Positions 49,111-62,976 of a stretch of 64,000 bases of DNA are shown piece by piece (position 1 is the first letter of the stretch; every line of letters begins with the position of its first letter). Source of the stretch: Takakia lepidozioides (Eukaryota; Plantae; Bryophyta). The translations under genes were made by a program, and so were the position numbers. Below the pieces are notes generated by a model. The model did not search any database, had not been told where the DNA came from, and saw only the letters and a program-made list of their open reading frames with translations. Where the stretch lies: the NCBI GenBank assembly GCA_030704615.1, contig CM060733.1:13888001-13952000 (forward strand), in the 5' to 3' direction.

Positions 49111-52100
49111 TCACTTCTTCTTTCTACGCTTTTCATGCACACTACGATCGGACTCTGATCCACTGGACTGGGCGTCGCTCTCTGGCTCACTATCGCTGGA
49201 GCTCCCACCCCCTGAGGTGTCTGAGGTCGCTGCATCATCACTCTCACTCTCCACAGCCTTGTGCTGATTCATGATCATTCGAGGCATGTTTTTGAGGTAC
49301 TCCCGCAAGCTGTCAGTCAGGCCGCCCAGCCCAATGGAGGTGAAGAAGTTAATGGCAAAGCGGGTGTTCTTCGGGTTGTCCTTGGGGAATATACCATCAA
49401 ATGATTCCTGCATCAAGGGGTCGCTCAGACGCTCGTTCAGCTTCCGCAATCCCAAATGTTCTGAGAGCTCCTGTACCAAACCCACATAAACGTACAGCAT
49501 CAGATACCATGCCATCATGGCCAATGTCATCTGCCCGCACAGGTGAGAAGCAAGGTGGCAATCATTTGACACTCCGTGCTGTCTCGTCTCCTTGTGGCCA
49601 CAGATTCTCAACGGAGCAGAAAAAGGAAAAAAGGGGTGCCGGATATGAAGGGATTATCCATCACAAAAGGCGGTTCCAGTAGTGAGACCTAACTTCCAAT
49701 ACAAAATTTGGCTTTCCAGGTTTCCTCCACACACTCCTGAACCAGCAATAACCAATAACAAATGAACAAAAATTGGAGGGGAAGAATAGAGAGAAGAGTC
49801 TAAGAACACTTAGAGCATAAGCTGCAAAATCTGTCAAAACAAACAAGTATTTGACCTCATACTTACCCTTTGAAAGTAAAATTATGCAGAACCAAGAGAG
49901 AAGGAAAATGGTTTTGAGGAAGAGAAGCGATAAGCAAGATTTGATTTCCAAGAATTCATCGCATGAAATGACTCAAGGAGGTACTCGGCTGAATATGACT
50001 TCCACAATGCTCACATTCATTACAAAGACACAACCTGCCTCTCAGAAACCAAACATCTGACAAACAAGAACACCTGAACCTGAACTCAGTTTACTTACAT
50101 TTAACCTCTTCCAATTCACTTTGAACCATTCATGTGTAAGAAATTAGGAAGAAGTCATGCAGATGAGTTCCAAGGAATGTACTCATAAGACGTTGTTTGC
50201 CGTAGCCTTGTGGCCATTGACCTCGCGCCCAGTTTGAGCGGAACACAAAGGGACAGAACCTACCTCTGTCAGGGGCTGACGTCGGTAGTAAGACTTACCT
50301 TGGTATAAAACATTGATCCGAGTTTTCCAGATATCCTCTAGAAAACCCTTCACACAAGCATCCATCTGCTGTGTGCGGTTTGTCCAATAACTAGGCCCCA
50401 GAAGGGCCTGGGCTTTTGGCTCAGCCTCGAGACTTTCAAAGTTGGTAAACAGAGGTACAGGCACAATTCCCTTGATAGATTTGAGGAGAGCGTCTGTCTG
50501 TTGAGAGAACCCCAGACAGTGAATCAGGAAATGAATATTGTCTTTGGGTTGCCCACACAACGGGCAATTGCACTCTCCCTTACCTTCTGTTTGCTGTTCC
50601 AAGGTAGGCTTCCTGCCCTGAGTTTAAATTTCAGTCTAGTGCCGAGATGAGTTCCAAGAGAGAAACCTGGAAAAGGATCTTGATGAAAATGCGGGATGAT
50701 GATGTGGTGTCCTCCTCAGTGAGACGAATATAGGCCAGAGCCTGCCAAGGTAGCGCATCGGTCCCGAGCAGATGTGCAAAAAACTTGGCCACGTTGCGCA
50801 GCTTGTTTGTCTCTAAGCGATGAATCATTGAATATTGCTTCACAAAACAGTCATCAAAATTCTCTTGATACACACGGTTTATCATACAGAAACGCTGGCC
50901 CAGCAAACCATAGTAACGTAAATAGGTTCTCTCTTGGCTGCAACACTCGAGCAGCATGACACACAGCTCCATCTGCATCCATCAACACCAGCTTCTCTTG
51001 TCAGCTTACCTTATTTCACATTGTAAATTTCTCCTACTTCACTAGGGTTGCCCCTTTGTGGTAGACTCTCCCAGGTTCTTCCCCATGTAAGCTACAAGTA
51101 TCAATCACCATTAACTTTAGAAGGAAAGAGTCATACGTACTTCCTGGCCAGGCTCCAGCTTGATCTTGAGAAGCTTGTGGCCCGCCTCCTCAAAGTCAAC
51201 ACTAGACATGATAGTCAGGTAAATTGTACGCCTCAGATTCACCAGATTAGTTTCAGTTTCGTCCTGAATTTGCATGCGTGCCTCCCGCTCCTCTTCATCT
51301 TCTTCGTCTGAATCGTCCTCTGAATCCTCATCATCACCAGAATCTTTCTCGGCGTCATCGGCACCCAGGTCATGATCAGATTCTTCGCCCAATATGTCCT
51401 TCCTCACCGCCTCATACTTTTTCTCATTCTCCAAAAAGTCAGGGTCAGGATTGAAAATATCTGCAATGCAAGGACAGTGGCCGCAAAGAGTTGGTAAATA
51501 ACAGATGCAATGTCTTTAGCTAAAAAAAGAGACTAGTAGCTGTGTGGTAAGAGGCAGAGGATACCGACCAAGGCTTATCTCTTGATCCAACTCGTCTTCC
51601 AATGAAAGCTCATGTGTGATTTGGTCATCTTGATCCACTAGATCCAGTTCTGCCATCACCGCTGGGAACCCCTGCATGACCAAAACAAAACTGTTGAAGA
51701 TGTTTGCATTGCACAATCATGCGATGTAAACCACCTGACCCAATCAATTTGTGTAACATCACCATATGCGCCAGCCCATCCGTGCAGATACCTGAATGAC
51801 AATTGCAGCTACTAACAGTGAAACGATGAACTAAGCTAAAAATAAGTAAGCAATAATGGGCTGTAACCCATACCTGGAAACGGGTCTTCCGAATTGCAAA
51901 CAGTCCTTCAATCATGAATTGCACACGCTTGTCAATCTCCCCTTCATGCAGAATTCCGCGAAACCGCTCAAAAATCCCTGCAATGAACAGCACCCAAAGA
52001 GACCAGCTCTCTTACTTTCCCTCTCATTAGGTCTATCCCGACTGAAATGTTTTAAACTCAGGGCGGGGAGTCTACCTTTGAGGAATAAACAGTTGCAAAT

Positions 52101-54344
52101 CCATTTTCTCATAAAACATCCGGGAGTATTCTCATCAGAGAGCGAACCTCTTCAGGACCACCCAGAACATAGTCCCTGTGTTCAAAAACTTTCAAAATCT
52201 CAAGGCTCAGCCTAAAGCCCTGGCCCTGTTGGACTATTTGCTGGGCAGGTCACACACAGCAGATTGATGCTTGTCCAAAGGGCTTTCTAGAGGAAATCTG
52301 GAAAGCCCAAACTAATAATTTATATCAAGGAAGTCCCACTACTAGAGTGAGCCCCTCACAACGGTAGTGTCTGTTCCCTCTTGCTCCACACAAACTGGGC
52401 GCAGGGTCTATGGCCACAAACATGGTCTTATGAGTAAATTCTTTCTATATCAGGAAATTGTCGAACTAAATATGTGAGCTAGCCAGTATGAATAAAAAAG
52501 AGGCAGGCATGGCATGTTGTGTTCTGGGCTTCCTTGTCCGGGGTTGACAAACTAGGTGTGTGTGTGTGTGTGTGTTGTTCTGCCCAAGCTGGGCATGGGG
52601 TCTATGGCCACAAGGCTACGACAAACAATGTCTCAAGTACCATCTCTCTGTCCAAACACCTGACAACCCATGACCACAAGCATCCTCTCCCTCTGGATCC
52701 CCACGTAAGGGGCTCAAACGAAAGAGAGAGCTTTCAAATGAAGGATAATGGTAACACACCATGTAAACCTTGTGGTGAGAGGTCCTGGAGAAGGGCTCCG
52801 CATTCCTTCACAAAACCCACTGCCACCTACTCCCACAGGAGCTGCATTTAGCCAAAAACACTGAACATATGGCTTGAGGACTACAGAGAGATAGCCTGAG
52901 TGCTACAGAGAGTCTCGTGCATAGAAATTTCTAGGTGCTGCCAAAGGCCAGGAGAGAAACAGCTAGCATAGAATAATACGTAGATCATACACATCCCAAT
53001 TACAAAGAGGAAAACACTCACAAGATATCCATGCATTTTAGTAAACTTGACATTGCTTTTCAGATAATTTGGCTAGTCTTATACTGGATTTTACTAGAAA
53101 ATTGCAAGCCCAGACCATATTACCACAGTCTAGCACAAGCAAAGCAAACAAAATGATTAGAATGATGGCAAGGCACTCACCTCCACACTGTCATCTGTGG
53201 GTTTTTCCAGTAAGAGCGTTAGGAGCTCTAGAGAAAGGATCTCATGCGCCACCTGCTGGTTCACTAAATGTGCTACAAACTTAGCCGCTGCCAGCAGCAC
53301 CGGCTGTACCCCAACACCACGTTCGGATTTCGCTCAGTGGTCTTGCAAAACAGCAACCAAAACCCTAAACCCAATCCTTGACTGTAGGCACTCAAAATGA
53401 GATGGAGACAGGACCATGTAGAAGCATACCTTGTCATTGCGTTTGAATGCCCGACGGAGCTGCAAAATGATCCTTTTCAATAGAAGTTCCCCCAGCTCTG
53501 GAAATTTAGTGTTCACCACGGCAACGAGAGCAGCAAACACATGAGTGAAGGAGGGTGATGCCATCTGAGATTTGATGCAAGACCGAGCAAAAAGGCCGCG
53601 GCCTCGTATCAAATTCTCTGCAAAAAGCTCCGGCAAAATATTCTTGATGTTTGATGCATTCACTTTGTTTACAAGCCCATTGATGGACTTTCTGAGTGCA
53701 TCCCAGGTCAGCCTTTGGTACTGCACACTACTCTTGTCAGACATGTCTTTCATCATCTGTGCCAACTTGAAGGGGGGAACATAAACCCCGCCACTTCGTC
53801 CTGCATTTTTTTCATCAACCTGCTCTCCCTCTCCCTCACCCTTGATGATCCTGTCTACCACTTTCTCCTTCACGTCACGTCCCACTTCTCCATTGTCCAC
53901 ATGCCGTACACTTGCTTCTTTCTCCGGTTTCCAATCCCTACCCTCGTGGCCGTTGCGGACATAGCCCTCTCTATCCCTCTTCCTTTTCATCTCACTGTGA
54001 TTTTCTCTATCTCTGTAGTCCCTGCCTTCCCTGCCTCTGCCCCTGCTCCTCTCACTGGCTTCCCTAGGATGTTCTCTCTCTATGAAATCCTCCCTGCCCC
54101 CCCTGGCTTCCCCCTGAATTGTCTCGGCGGTCTCCCTTGGAGCCTCGCCATCTCTATACTCCTCCTTAGCCTCCATCGCTCTGCCCTTATACACATCATC
54201 CCTATCAGTCTCTCTATCTGTGAGGCCGCCGTTCCTGGCTTTATCTCTGCGCATCTCATGCGTTTCCCATCGATTTTCTGCATCTACGTAGTCATCCTTC
54301 CCCTCACTCGATCTCCTCCGACGACGACTGTGCTTGCGCTCCAT
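49111..54344 (-). CDS. CWC22: Pre-mRNA-splicing factor CWC22 (MIF4G plus MI domains), 8 exons
   Basis: Exons 54344-53430, 53303-53181, 52826-52760, 51977-51874, 51671-51569, 51460-51141, 50972-50667 and 49470-49111. Motifs [70 protein letters not shown]. Confidence 0.96.
50175..50644 (-). mobile_element. 5'-truncated LINE in the last CWC22 intron, 14-bp TSD
   Basis: [19 protein letters not shown]...[27 protein letters not shown] at 50161-50174 and 50645-50658. Confidence 0.9.
52020..52640 (+). mobile_element. Two older LINE 3' fragments in CWC22 intron 3
   Basis: [10 protein letters not shown] and ggctcagcctaaagcc..tcttatgagta (to ~52436), plus ggccacaaggctacgacaaacaatgtctcaagtac (to 52640). 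Confidence 0.7.
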
Positions 54345-54551
54345 GCTCCCGAGCTCCGCTCAACAACACAGTACGAGCCTGCAAACAAGCCACCAAGTAG
54401 AGAAGGCCCGGGCTGGCTGGCCGGGTGGCCTGCGTGGCCCGCCGCCTCACCCGCCCGGCGGCCTGTACCCTTACTAGGGTACATGCTTCCGTAGAACATG
54501 AATGAACCATTGTATTGAAAAAGAAAAACTGCGACAGAAGTAATAACCGAC

Positions 54552-54790
54552 AGTCAGTAGCTCAGATGGTTAGTACACTGAGAGTTACTCAGATGACTGT
54601 GGGGTCAAATCTTGCTACTTGACTGGTGTGGTACATTCTTCTCCTCCTTCCCTGTGTCCCATTTCTCAGCCTCCCATGGCACATTTTTATGTGAAAGAGG
54701 TTATTTTCTCCTCTCACTATCAAGGGGCCTGATTTGTGGCTCCCAGGTCTGAGGTGGTTTCCCTTAAAAACACAGAGAGAAAAAAAGAAA
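54552..54790 (+). mobile_element. tRNA-derived SINE upstream of CWC22
   Basis: A box TAGCTCAGATGG (54558), B-box-like GGGTCAAATC (54602), 3' body shared with the 17-18 kb copies, A-rich tail. Confidence 0.65.
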
Positions 54791-55387
54791 ATTGTGGAGT
54801 GTGAGTGATGGATGAAAAGGTAGGGGTCCGTCCACTGGACAGCGAATGAAGGAGTGCCAGCTGGGCTGCTTCTCTCGCTCGAGAGCCCTGTGGGCATCGT
54901 CCTGTCGCTTCCGCAGTGTCAAGCAGGGATGGCTGCTGCTTCGTGCAAATGTGGGCTATGGAGATTGAAGCTTGGCCTCCTCTTTGCGCTATGTTTGCCT
55001 GTCTCTTTGTCCATCGTTGGAGAGTGGCATTTCACATTTAAAGAATAGGTCGATCTTCCGTAGTAGCGGATATGGTATTAAGTCAATGACAGGTTTCGTT
55101 CTGTCTATCTACACCCCTGCTAGTTTTGTCCACAATTTCACGTAGGCTGTGAGTTCTTCATCTCGGTCCGTTTTCTACTTCTTCCCATCCCATTGTGTTT
55201 GAAGATTGTCTTAAGGACCCATGCAGCTCAATCTGTTCTTCTTCATTGATAGGTGTCATAAAACAAGCTGTGTGAATGAATCATGCGCTTACGCAACAGG
55301 TTATTCGGGGAGGGAAGTTATGGGGTTCCTAAATTTTTGCACGGAGAATCGGATAGCCCTGTGAATTCTGGTAGATTCTATTCAACC

Positions 55388-57031
55388 ATGGAGGAGGAGA
55401 TATGGGGCAAACTTCCTTCGGAGATTGTGGAGAGAATCCTGAACTACATACCTTTTCCTTGTCGGATATGCATTAAGAATGTTTGCAAGAAGTGGGATCG
55501 AGACATCTTCTTGGGAAGTTTTGTATCAGTGTCGGCTGAATTCCCCCCGCAGAAAAGCTGGCTTTGGATTTTTGAATGGTTGGTGGGTGACAACTCGTAC
55601 GTGTATAATCCAAGACTCGATGAATGGTATACTATTCCTCTTAGTTTCATTCCCGCCTACCCCATCAAACGAAGTGGAATGCATTTGAGTGCTGCTGCAG
55701 GGGGGCTGCTGGTGTTTCGATACTCTGTGAGAAACACTTACGTGGGTTTCTGTGTGTGTAATCCCATAACCAAGTCGTGGAGGAAACTGCCACCCATGCT
55801 ACAAAAAAGAGATGAACCAGTGGTCGCGCTTGTGATGGCAACAGACTTGAACATTACACAGTTGTTGTTGCGGGGGGATTTGATTTCACTTGGGGCCCAA
55901 TTCTTACCACCGAAGTTTTTGAATCCAGGACTGATCGTTGGAGGAAAACCAGTGATGCGATCACGGAGCACGATGATGATTACTTGCGATACGAAATGAA
56001 TTCTAGAAAAGCTGTTTGCAACGGAGTGTTATACTACATGCTTTGTCCTTCCAATCGCATTCTTGCATTCGACATCAGGGTTGGGTTTTGGACCCATATA
56101 AGAGTTCCTCTCCCACTGGCTATGGTGTTCCATGATGGGCGAGAGGTAGTATGACTGCACCCTGCATCACACTGAGCAAACTGAGTATTCCTCATATTAA
56201 GAAGGTTTTGTCTAACTAGTACACATCCATGGGAGTCACTCTTTCAATTTGAGGCTACCTACACGCTGACACACCCTCAACTATGGCACGCTCCTCATGT
56301 CAGGAAAATTAACACTCCAATACACCGTGATAAAAAGAGCGTGCCCGCTGCTCCCGAGCATTTCCAAATCGTATCCTGAAAAGTCCAGATCACGGAAAGC
56401 CCTAAAAATGTTTTTCAGCATGCAGAAGGGGGGATATACTTGTGGTCCCCTCTGCATGTTGCTCCTACTGGCAGGATTATTGAAAATCAGTCCGCACATT
56501 CCCATGCAGAACTTCTTTCATTGCTGTATGTGTAGAAGCACCGCTTTCAGGGGCTTTTGTGATAAGCACTGTCAGGCAAATCTTCACTACACTTACAGAT
56601 TTGATGCTAACTTCAAATCATGACAGGTGCCAGGGCCCGGGCGAGACATGGTTCGTCCCTTTCTGGTTGAATCAAATGGCCGCCTTCTTATGGTGGGATT
56701 TTTTGACAATGAGGAGCGCACGCGATTGTTAAGGCTGGGAATCTGGGAGCTACATTTTGCTAGCAGGGAGTGGGTCCAAGTGGCAACAATGCCTGATGAA
56801 ATCTTCATTGAATTGCGCCTGCTGTTTCCAGCATGCTCATACTTTGAGTTTGGAGGGGCCGGCCATGGTGATCTGATCTACATTTTTCAGGTTTTCGATA
56901 GTCCAGTAATCTTTTGTGATCTTTCACAGGAGCCGCCATCATGGAGGTGCATTAACAGAGGTATAGTGAAGAATAATTCAGGGGCCATGTTTGGGTGCGC
57001 CATTGATCTCAGGTTGGATGGATTGGTCTAA
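55388..57031 (+). pseudogene. F-box/kelch-like protein, 2 exons (55388-56145, 56627-57031), frameshift near 55835
   Basis: IWGKLPSEIVERIL..VCKKW F-box and VCNPITKSWRKLP. The continuation HYTVVVAGG..TTEVFESRTDRW..VCNGVLYY is in a different frame. Exon 2 has LVESNGRLLMVG..IWEL..WVQVATMP. Confidence 0.85.
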
Positions 57032-58202
57032 GGACTAACTTACTACCTAAGCCTGCGGTGCAGGGCTTACTCATTGTTGAGGTCTCTAAATGCTCAATGC
57101 GGCCATAACCACAACGAGGTAGCAATGCTGTTGAAACATCATAGTCTCTAGTATGATGTCAATGCCAGCCTTGAAATCAACAGTCTGTGACTATCTGTGA
57201 CCGCTCTTGCAATCTGGGGCCAATTTGAATCCTCAAGGATAAAAGGGTCTAATACTTGAGCTGATGTCCCATTGTCGAAGTGAATGTCTGAACTTCTCAT
57301 CTCTCTCACCTATGGGAGTAGTATGAACCCTATTCAGACATACAAGAACATTGCTTGCCTGTGCGAGGGTGTTGCATTTCTTTCAAAGAAAGAAGAGAGG
57401 GTATGATCATTACTTTGCCACTCACACTAGGCGTTGCAAGAGAGATAACCTACTCCCGCGGGCTTGCACATTAGCATATGGAAGGCAGAACCAGTGTCTG
57501 ATTTAAACCCTCCTTGTCCCTTTTCATTGTAAATAATCCAGGCAACTGCACATCTTCTGTGATGAACAGTTGGCTGTTTTGAAGTGAGCTCCGTTATCAA
57601 TGCCAGATTTGGAACGCAGAACGCATTGAAGTATCTCAGCACACAAGCTGTTGCGAGTGGAAATAAAATTGTCATTGGTCATGCAAGTGCAGCAGCATGC
57701 GTCCAGACATCCATGGCGCGACCATGACGTGAAAGCAGTTGTTATGCTTCAAACCACCACAATTGCCGGCGGCATCTTTGAGGATTAAATTTGGCAGTCT
57801 CTGCTTCAGCAGTCAATTTCCCTCTCCCTCTCATGGACTACTATGCATCTTCAAGTTCAGTGCTACATACTGAAGACTACTGCGCATATCACATAGTCCA
57901 CTTTCAACATGTCCCTTCTGGTGCAGATGTTTGCTGTATGTGTCAATTCATCCCTTGCGGTGATGCGGTCACTAATAGAGTTAAAAAAATACGAGAATGT
58001 CAAGTTCTGAATGGCTTGGTCAGGCTTCAGGTAACATCAACCTACTGCGACTGAATAACTGCCATAACTAAAGCCTTTTAAAAGGGACAGGGTCACTCTC
58101 TGGACTTAGCCAGCTTTCAGAATTTTAGAAACCACTTGTACTTCGCATGCGTGACCCTCAGTGCCCGTTCAGGAGTGAAGTGGGTTGCTGATTTACAGCT
58201 AA

Positions 58203-61200
58203 CTAACAAGAGATGTTACTTGCAGCTCCAGACCATCCTGCATCCCCCGAGAGAATTTCTTTCTCAATTAACTGCAAAGCCTCTCTCTCCCTTCCCCACA
58301 AAACATCAACATGCCCTTTCTGGGGCACAGGGCAAAGATCGACAATGCTGAAAGCACGACTCATTTCTTCAGACAGCCAGAACCGGCATGATGTATCATC
58401 CATTCCATGGATGACTAACAACCGTTGGGCCCTTTCTTGCAATTTTGTCAGAGCAGGTATCACTGCATGAGTGCCTCCCAGTAATGTATTGTGGGTCATA
58501 TGCCATACGGCATCATGGTAGTTTGTTATGTAGTCTTGAATGAAGGACTTCGGATATCTGCAATACAGCCATGGACAAACTCAAAAATATCAGGTGAAGC
58601 CTATTCAGAAGTACCGGAACCTCTGTGAACTGCATCCCAACATCAAATGGAATCTTGTCCTCTGATTGCTCAACAAAGTGACCCAAATGAAGGGCTTACC
58701 GCTTCAACCACCCATGTATCCTTGAAACCCAAAATTTGTGCTTGGAGTAGAAAAAGTATCCCACAAAGCGGCTAAGGTTGTAATATTTACTGACAATCAA
58801 CGCCCGAATTCCCTTCACCTGAAGCATCACCATCACCGCTGTAATGTTAGTTCATGCACAAAAACGAACAAGATATGAGAAGAAGAGTCACCTTAACAGT
58901 CAGTAACAGGATCAGAGTTTGTAGTGCCTGCAGCAGAGTGTACAATGGCTCACTCCATTGTGACTCATGAACTCACTCCTGATTGAGAGGATGAGAAAGA
59001 CAAAGAATGCCACACAAAGAGCCAGAGAAAGGATGTGGATGTCATCTATGGACAGTTCAGAATCCTCACCGTAAAGGGCTCTATGACTGAGAAGAAAGCG
59101 TCACAGGGAGGCTGAGATGATTCCCCATTCTGCTCCAGGCACCGAGGTGGATACACAGGGCCAATTAAAGTGATTGATCGTACTCTCTCAGGGCACCGCG
59201 CTGCGAGCACAAGAGAGATTGTACAACCCATAGAATGGGCCACAAGATGAAAACTTTGCAATCCGTGTCTTTGTATTACAGATTTCTCAATAGCTTCAAC
59301 TTGGTCAGCCAATGTGTATAGGCTGTCAACAGGTCTTGGACTCCGCGCGCAACCCAGCAGATCAGGTATTAAAACCCGATGCCGTGACTTGATGGCATTG
59401 GACAGATTAGGAACAAGTTTGGTGTCGAACCAGAATGTGGAGGAACTGAAAAGTCCATGAATGAATATCACTGCAGTGCGATCTGCATCCAACCGTTAAT
59501 AGTGGATTTAAGTACAACTGGCTGAGAATGAAAAGAAAACAATACTTGTGAATAATCTGGAGACTGTGGAGGCTTCCGGTTTTTGGTGAGAGACTCTATG
59601 GAAAATCCACCTGAATATGAACCATGTTGAACTGCTGGGGGTATAGTCGCTACAGGATAATAACCTCCCTTCAGCTGGCCATAAAGATAGCGTGAGAGAG
59701 ATTGCTGTGGCCACCCTTGCTACGTAAGGTAACAGTGTAGAGTAGCTACAGAAATGATCTCACCTTTTATGAACCGGTTCTCAATTGGTCTGCCTTGGAT
59801 TTGTGGAGAAAGTGAAGTGAAGGTAGGGTTGGAAGTGCTCAAATTGGTGGCGTTGGTCAAAATGTCCTGGCCATCACTGTCTGTGCATCTCTCCTCACCC
59901 AAGGGTGTGTCATCAGTGCGGACAAAGAGGTTCTCCACTGCCAATTTCATGGGCATCAAGAGCATGGCACACTCGTGGCATTGGCACTCTGACCAGCGAG
60001 CGCTTGTATTTCCTTCTCCCTGTTCATCGTCCTGTAATCACAAGAATGTGCAGTCGCCAAATTGAAGCTGCATGAATTATCCATCAAACTACCTTATACA
60101 ATGTACGCTCAAGTTAGCAGGGACAAGTTGAGGGAAAAATTTCTACAACACTACATTTTAGTAAGAACAGATCTCAGAAAGTTATCTTAGTCAGGTGACT
60201 CTGCTTGGGAAAATAATGGGCAGAATTAAGTGCAGGTTCTTTTGCAGGATGGCTGAATGGAGGCGTGCTGTAAAGCATTCACAGAACCCTATTGGTGCTC
60301 CTATTGCAGTCGAAGTTGACCTCAAGTTTCTTCAAGCAAAAGGTATCTTTCACGCGGTAGAGAGTTTGCTTAATATGGTGCAGCTGTTCCCAGATTGGAA
60401 ACTTTCAGAATCAAGCACCTAAGGGAATTGTTATCCCAATTTACTTAATGTGTGTGAACATAGCAACTGCATGACGTCTACCGCAGCTATAGTTCCACAA
60501 GAGGGGAGCAAAATGCGTTCAAATGTTCACAAATCAGGCAAGGGAGATTTTGTGGTTTCATTGTGTTTCCACTTAATACCTTCACATTTCAAAAATGTAA
60601 CAAGAGAAGGTAGACTAATGTCTATCAGCCAGCATTTGGATAAGGAGTACTGTACCTGACAGTTCAGAATGGACCGTTTGGACTCGTTGCTGGCATCTCC
60701 ATCTGTACTGGCACCAGAATTACAGCCTGCACTTGGTGAAATGTCTTCAACTTCGAATCCCCAACATTCACAAGCTTGGTTGCGACCAGTCCTTGGCCTT
60801 CTGATCGCAGAACGCCGAGGCTTATGCAAAATCGGCTGCTCATCATCCTTGACATCCGCAGACTGCACAGTTTTAAGATCTGGTTCTTTGGTTTTAGCAA
60901 ACGGATTTGAAACTGGGAAATAATTCGCATTGGAGGGCGCTTGGCCTTCATGCCAAAAATCAAGGACCCAATAAAAAGCCCCTAGCGTAAGGTTGGCAGA
61001 GGACATACACGCATACAATAATTCCTCGAGAAACGGCTGAAGACCATCCCAAAGTTGTTTCCTGAGAGAAACGTCTGAGATGTGGAGTGACGGGATCGAT
61101 CGGTTTCGTAGGGCAAGAAATCGTGTACCCCAGCAGAGAGCTGCTGCGGCAACTGCCCAATACAGGGTCGGCGTATGCCGTAAACTCTCCATCAACGCCG

Positions 61201-61219
61201 GCATGGACACATCCACCAT
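58203..61219 (-). CDS. BDG: BODYGUARD-like alpha/beta hydrolase, multi-exon (internal boundaries approximate)
   Basis: RWSECQCHEC; VIFIHGLFSSSTFW..DLLGCARSPRPVDSLYTL..FHLVAHSMGC; HDAVWHMTHN; VIHGMDD..GHVDVLWGRE. Confidence 0.85.
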
Positions 61220-61987
61220 CTCTGTCTCCCGCTCAGGCTACCCAATCAAATTTCTACTGTCCGCAATCTCAAGCCTGCGCGAAAGGTACTAAATCGATGA
61301 TTACCAAGTAGAAATGCTGGGTTTGAAAACCTACTCAAGTGTAGCAATTTTCACAACTGGCCCTCGCTCCCCCCCTTCCTCTCCCTTCCTCTCTCTCCCC
61401 GTCCTCTTTCTTCCAGTCACGAGGATTTTTAAGGGGACATACTAAGTGCTATCTTCCCATTTTCTTGAGCCAACAATTCGCCCGCCAACTGTCACTCGTG
61501 GAATGGTCCAATCTTACCGAGGCCTGAAGCTCAGCTACATCAAATTCATCTTCCAAGATTCTCCCCACTCCATCCCCTCTTAAGTGTCTGGCATGGTCTG
61601 CAAGCTATGTCATCCCTGCTCTCAAACCAAACCCCTCCTCGCACAACAGCCCAACACACCCGCCAAGCCAGCATCAAACACAACCAAAACTTTCCAGCAG
61701 ACCAGCTGCTGCTCAGACTTTTCTGACAATGTTTACTGTACTCTCATTGGTTACAGCAACACTTTTTGACGGCTTGCCAATTGGCCCGCCAATGCCGGAC
61801 CATCTGCCATCTATACTCTTCTGCACATTCCTGAATCTCTTGCATCTCTTCGCGGATCCTTCCTGCTTTGTCACCTTACCCCTGACCCACAACCGCACAC
61901 TGCAATCACCGCGGTCCGCCGCCGCGGTCACAGCACCGAACGCGGTCACAGCACCGAAGGCGGCCGGCGCTCGCGCCGGGGAGTGGG

Positions 61988-62360
61988 CTAACCGCGGCTA
62001 CCGTACTCACCTAGCTTATTAGGCAATAATTAATTCAAAATCAAGTGCCTAATTAAATTTAATTTTTTTTGAGAATGTGCCTAAAACTTGGAAAAAATTC
62101 CTGAGAAGTGCCTAATTGCTTGAAAAAATGTTTTTACATTTTTTGAAAAGAAAATGACCTCAACAATAGGTTTTGAGGGAGGTCAAAAACAATTGTTCAT
62201 TCTATCCAGGATCGACTGTAATACATGCCTAATGTTTGGAAATTACCTACGTGAGGTGCGTAAATAATAAAAACGACTCTGCCTAATAATATTCCATTTT
62301 TATAATTATTAGGCGCGGGAGTGCCTAATAAGCTAGGTAAGTACGGTAGTCCGCGGCTAG
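61988..62360. mobile_element. MITE with long TIRs
   Basis: CTACCGTACTCACCTAGCTTATTAGGCA (61998-62025) is inverted relative to TGCCTAATAAGCTAGGTAAGTACGGTAG (62322-62349); AT-rich interior with TGCCTAA repeats. Confidence 0.85.
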
Positions 62361-62976
62361 TACTTACCTGTAGTTTTTTTTTTTGCATATGTAGGTGAGA
62401 GCGCAAAGGTAACGTGGCGCCAAGGCCACCACGTTAGCAAGCAAAGCAAAGTGTAAGCACTCCAGTCAACAAGATCACGAAAGTTTCCATTCATACACAA
62501 CAGACTCAGCAACGGAGAAATGAAGCTCTGTTAGCTTTAGAGGCTTAAAAATGGAGCGAATGTACAATTTACAAGTACAAATTATGGGTATTGTAGGTAA
62601 GGTGTGGCATTTGCCTGCTTCAGTAGTCCGAGTCTACAAGGGCCGTGCTCCATGTGGCCATTCCTGATGGGCCAGCAAATCACCAGCCTACACGACAATA
62701 AAGAACATGGGCGTTCCCCATTGTGGTCTGTCCATGTGGCCAAGATCTATCAACCTGTGAGAGGTACCATGTGTACTGCCTCAAGTGGTGAACTAGGTCA
62801 AAGGATGTTGCAAAACAACAGTCTGAATTCTACACCCGTGTACTAATGCGTCTGTGGGAGGACAGCACAAGCAAGCAATTGTCTAAATTGGATGTACATC
62901 TATGAACCTGTCGCTGCCTGAATATGAGCTATGTAGGAATCCTACTGCATGCGTGGAGTCGTTGACATGTTCTCCC

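Noticed and set aside
53715-54494. 259-aa plus-strand ORF
   Set aside because: Antisense shadow of the purine-rich CWC22 exon 1.
54552-54620. tRNA gene (also ~17777-17835 and 17978-18037)
   Set aside because: Only A/B boxes are seen, with no convincing cloverleaf; better explained as SINE heads.
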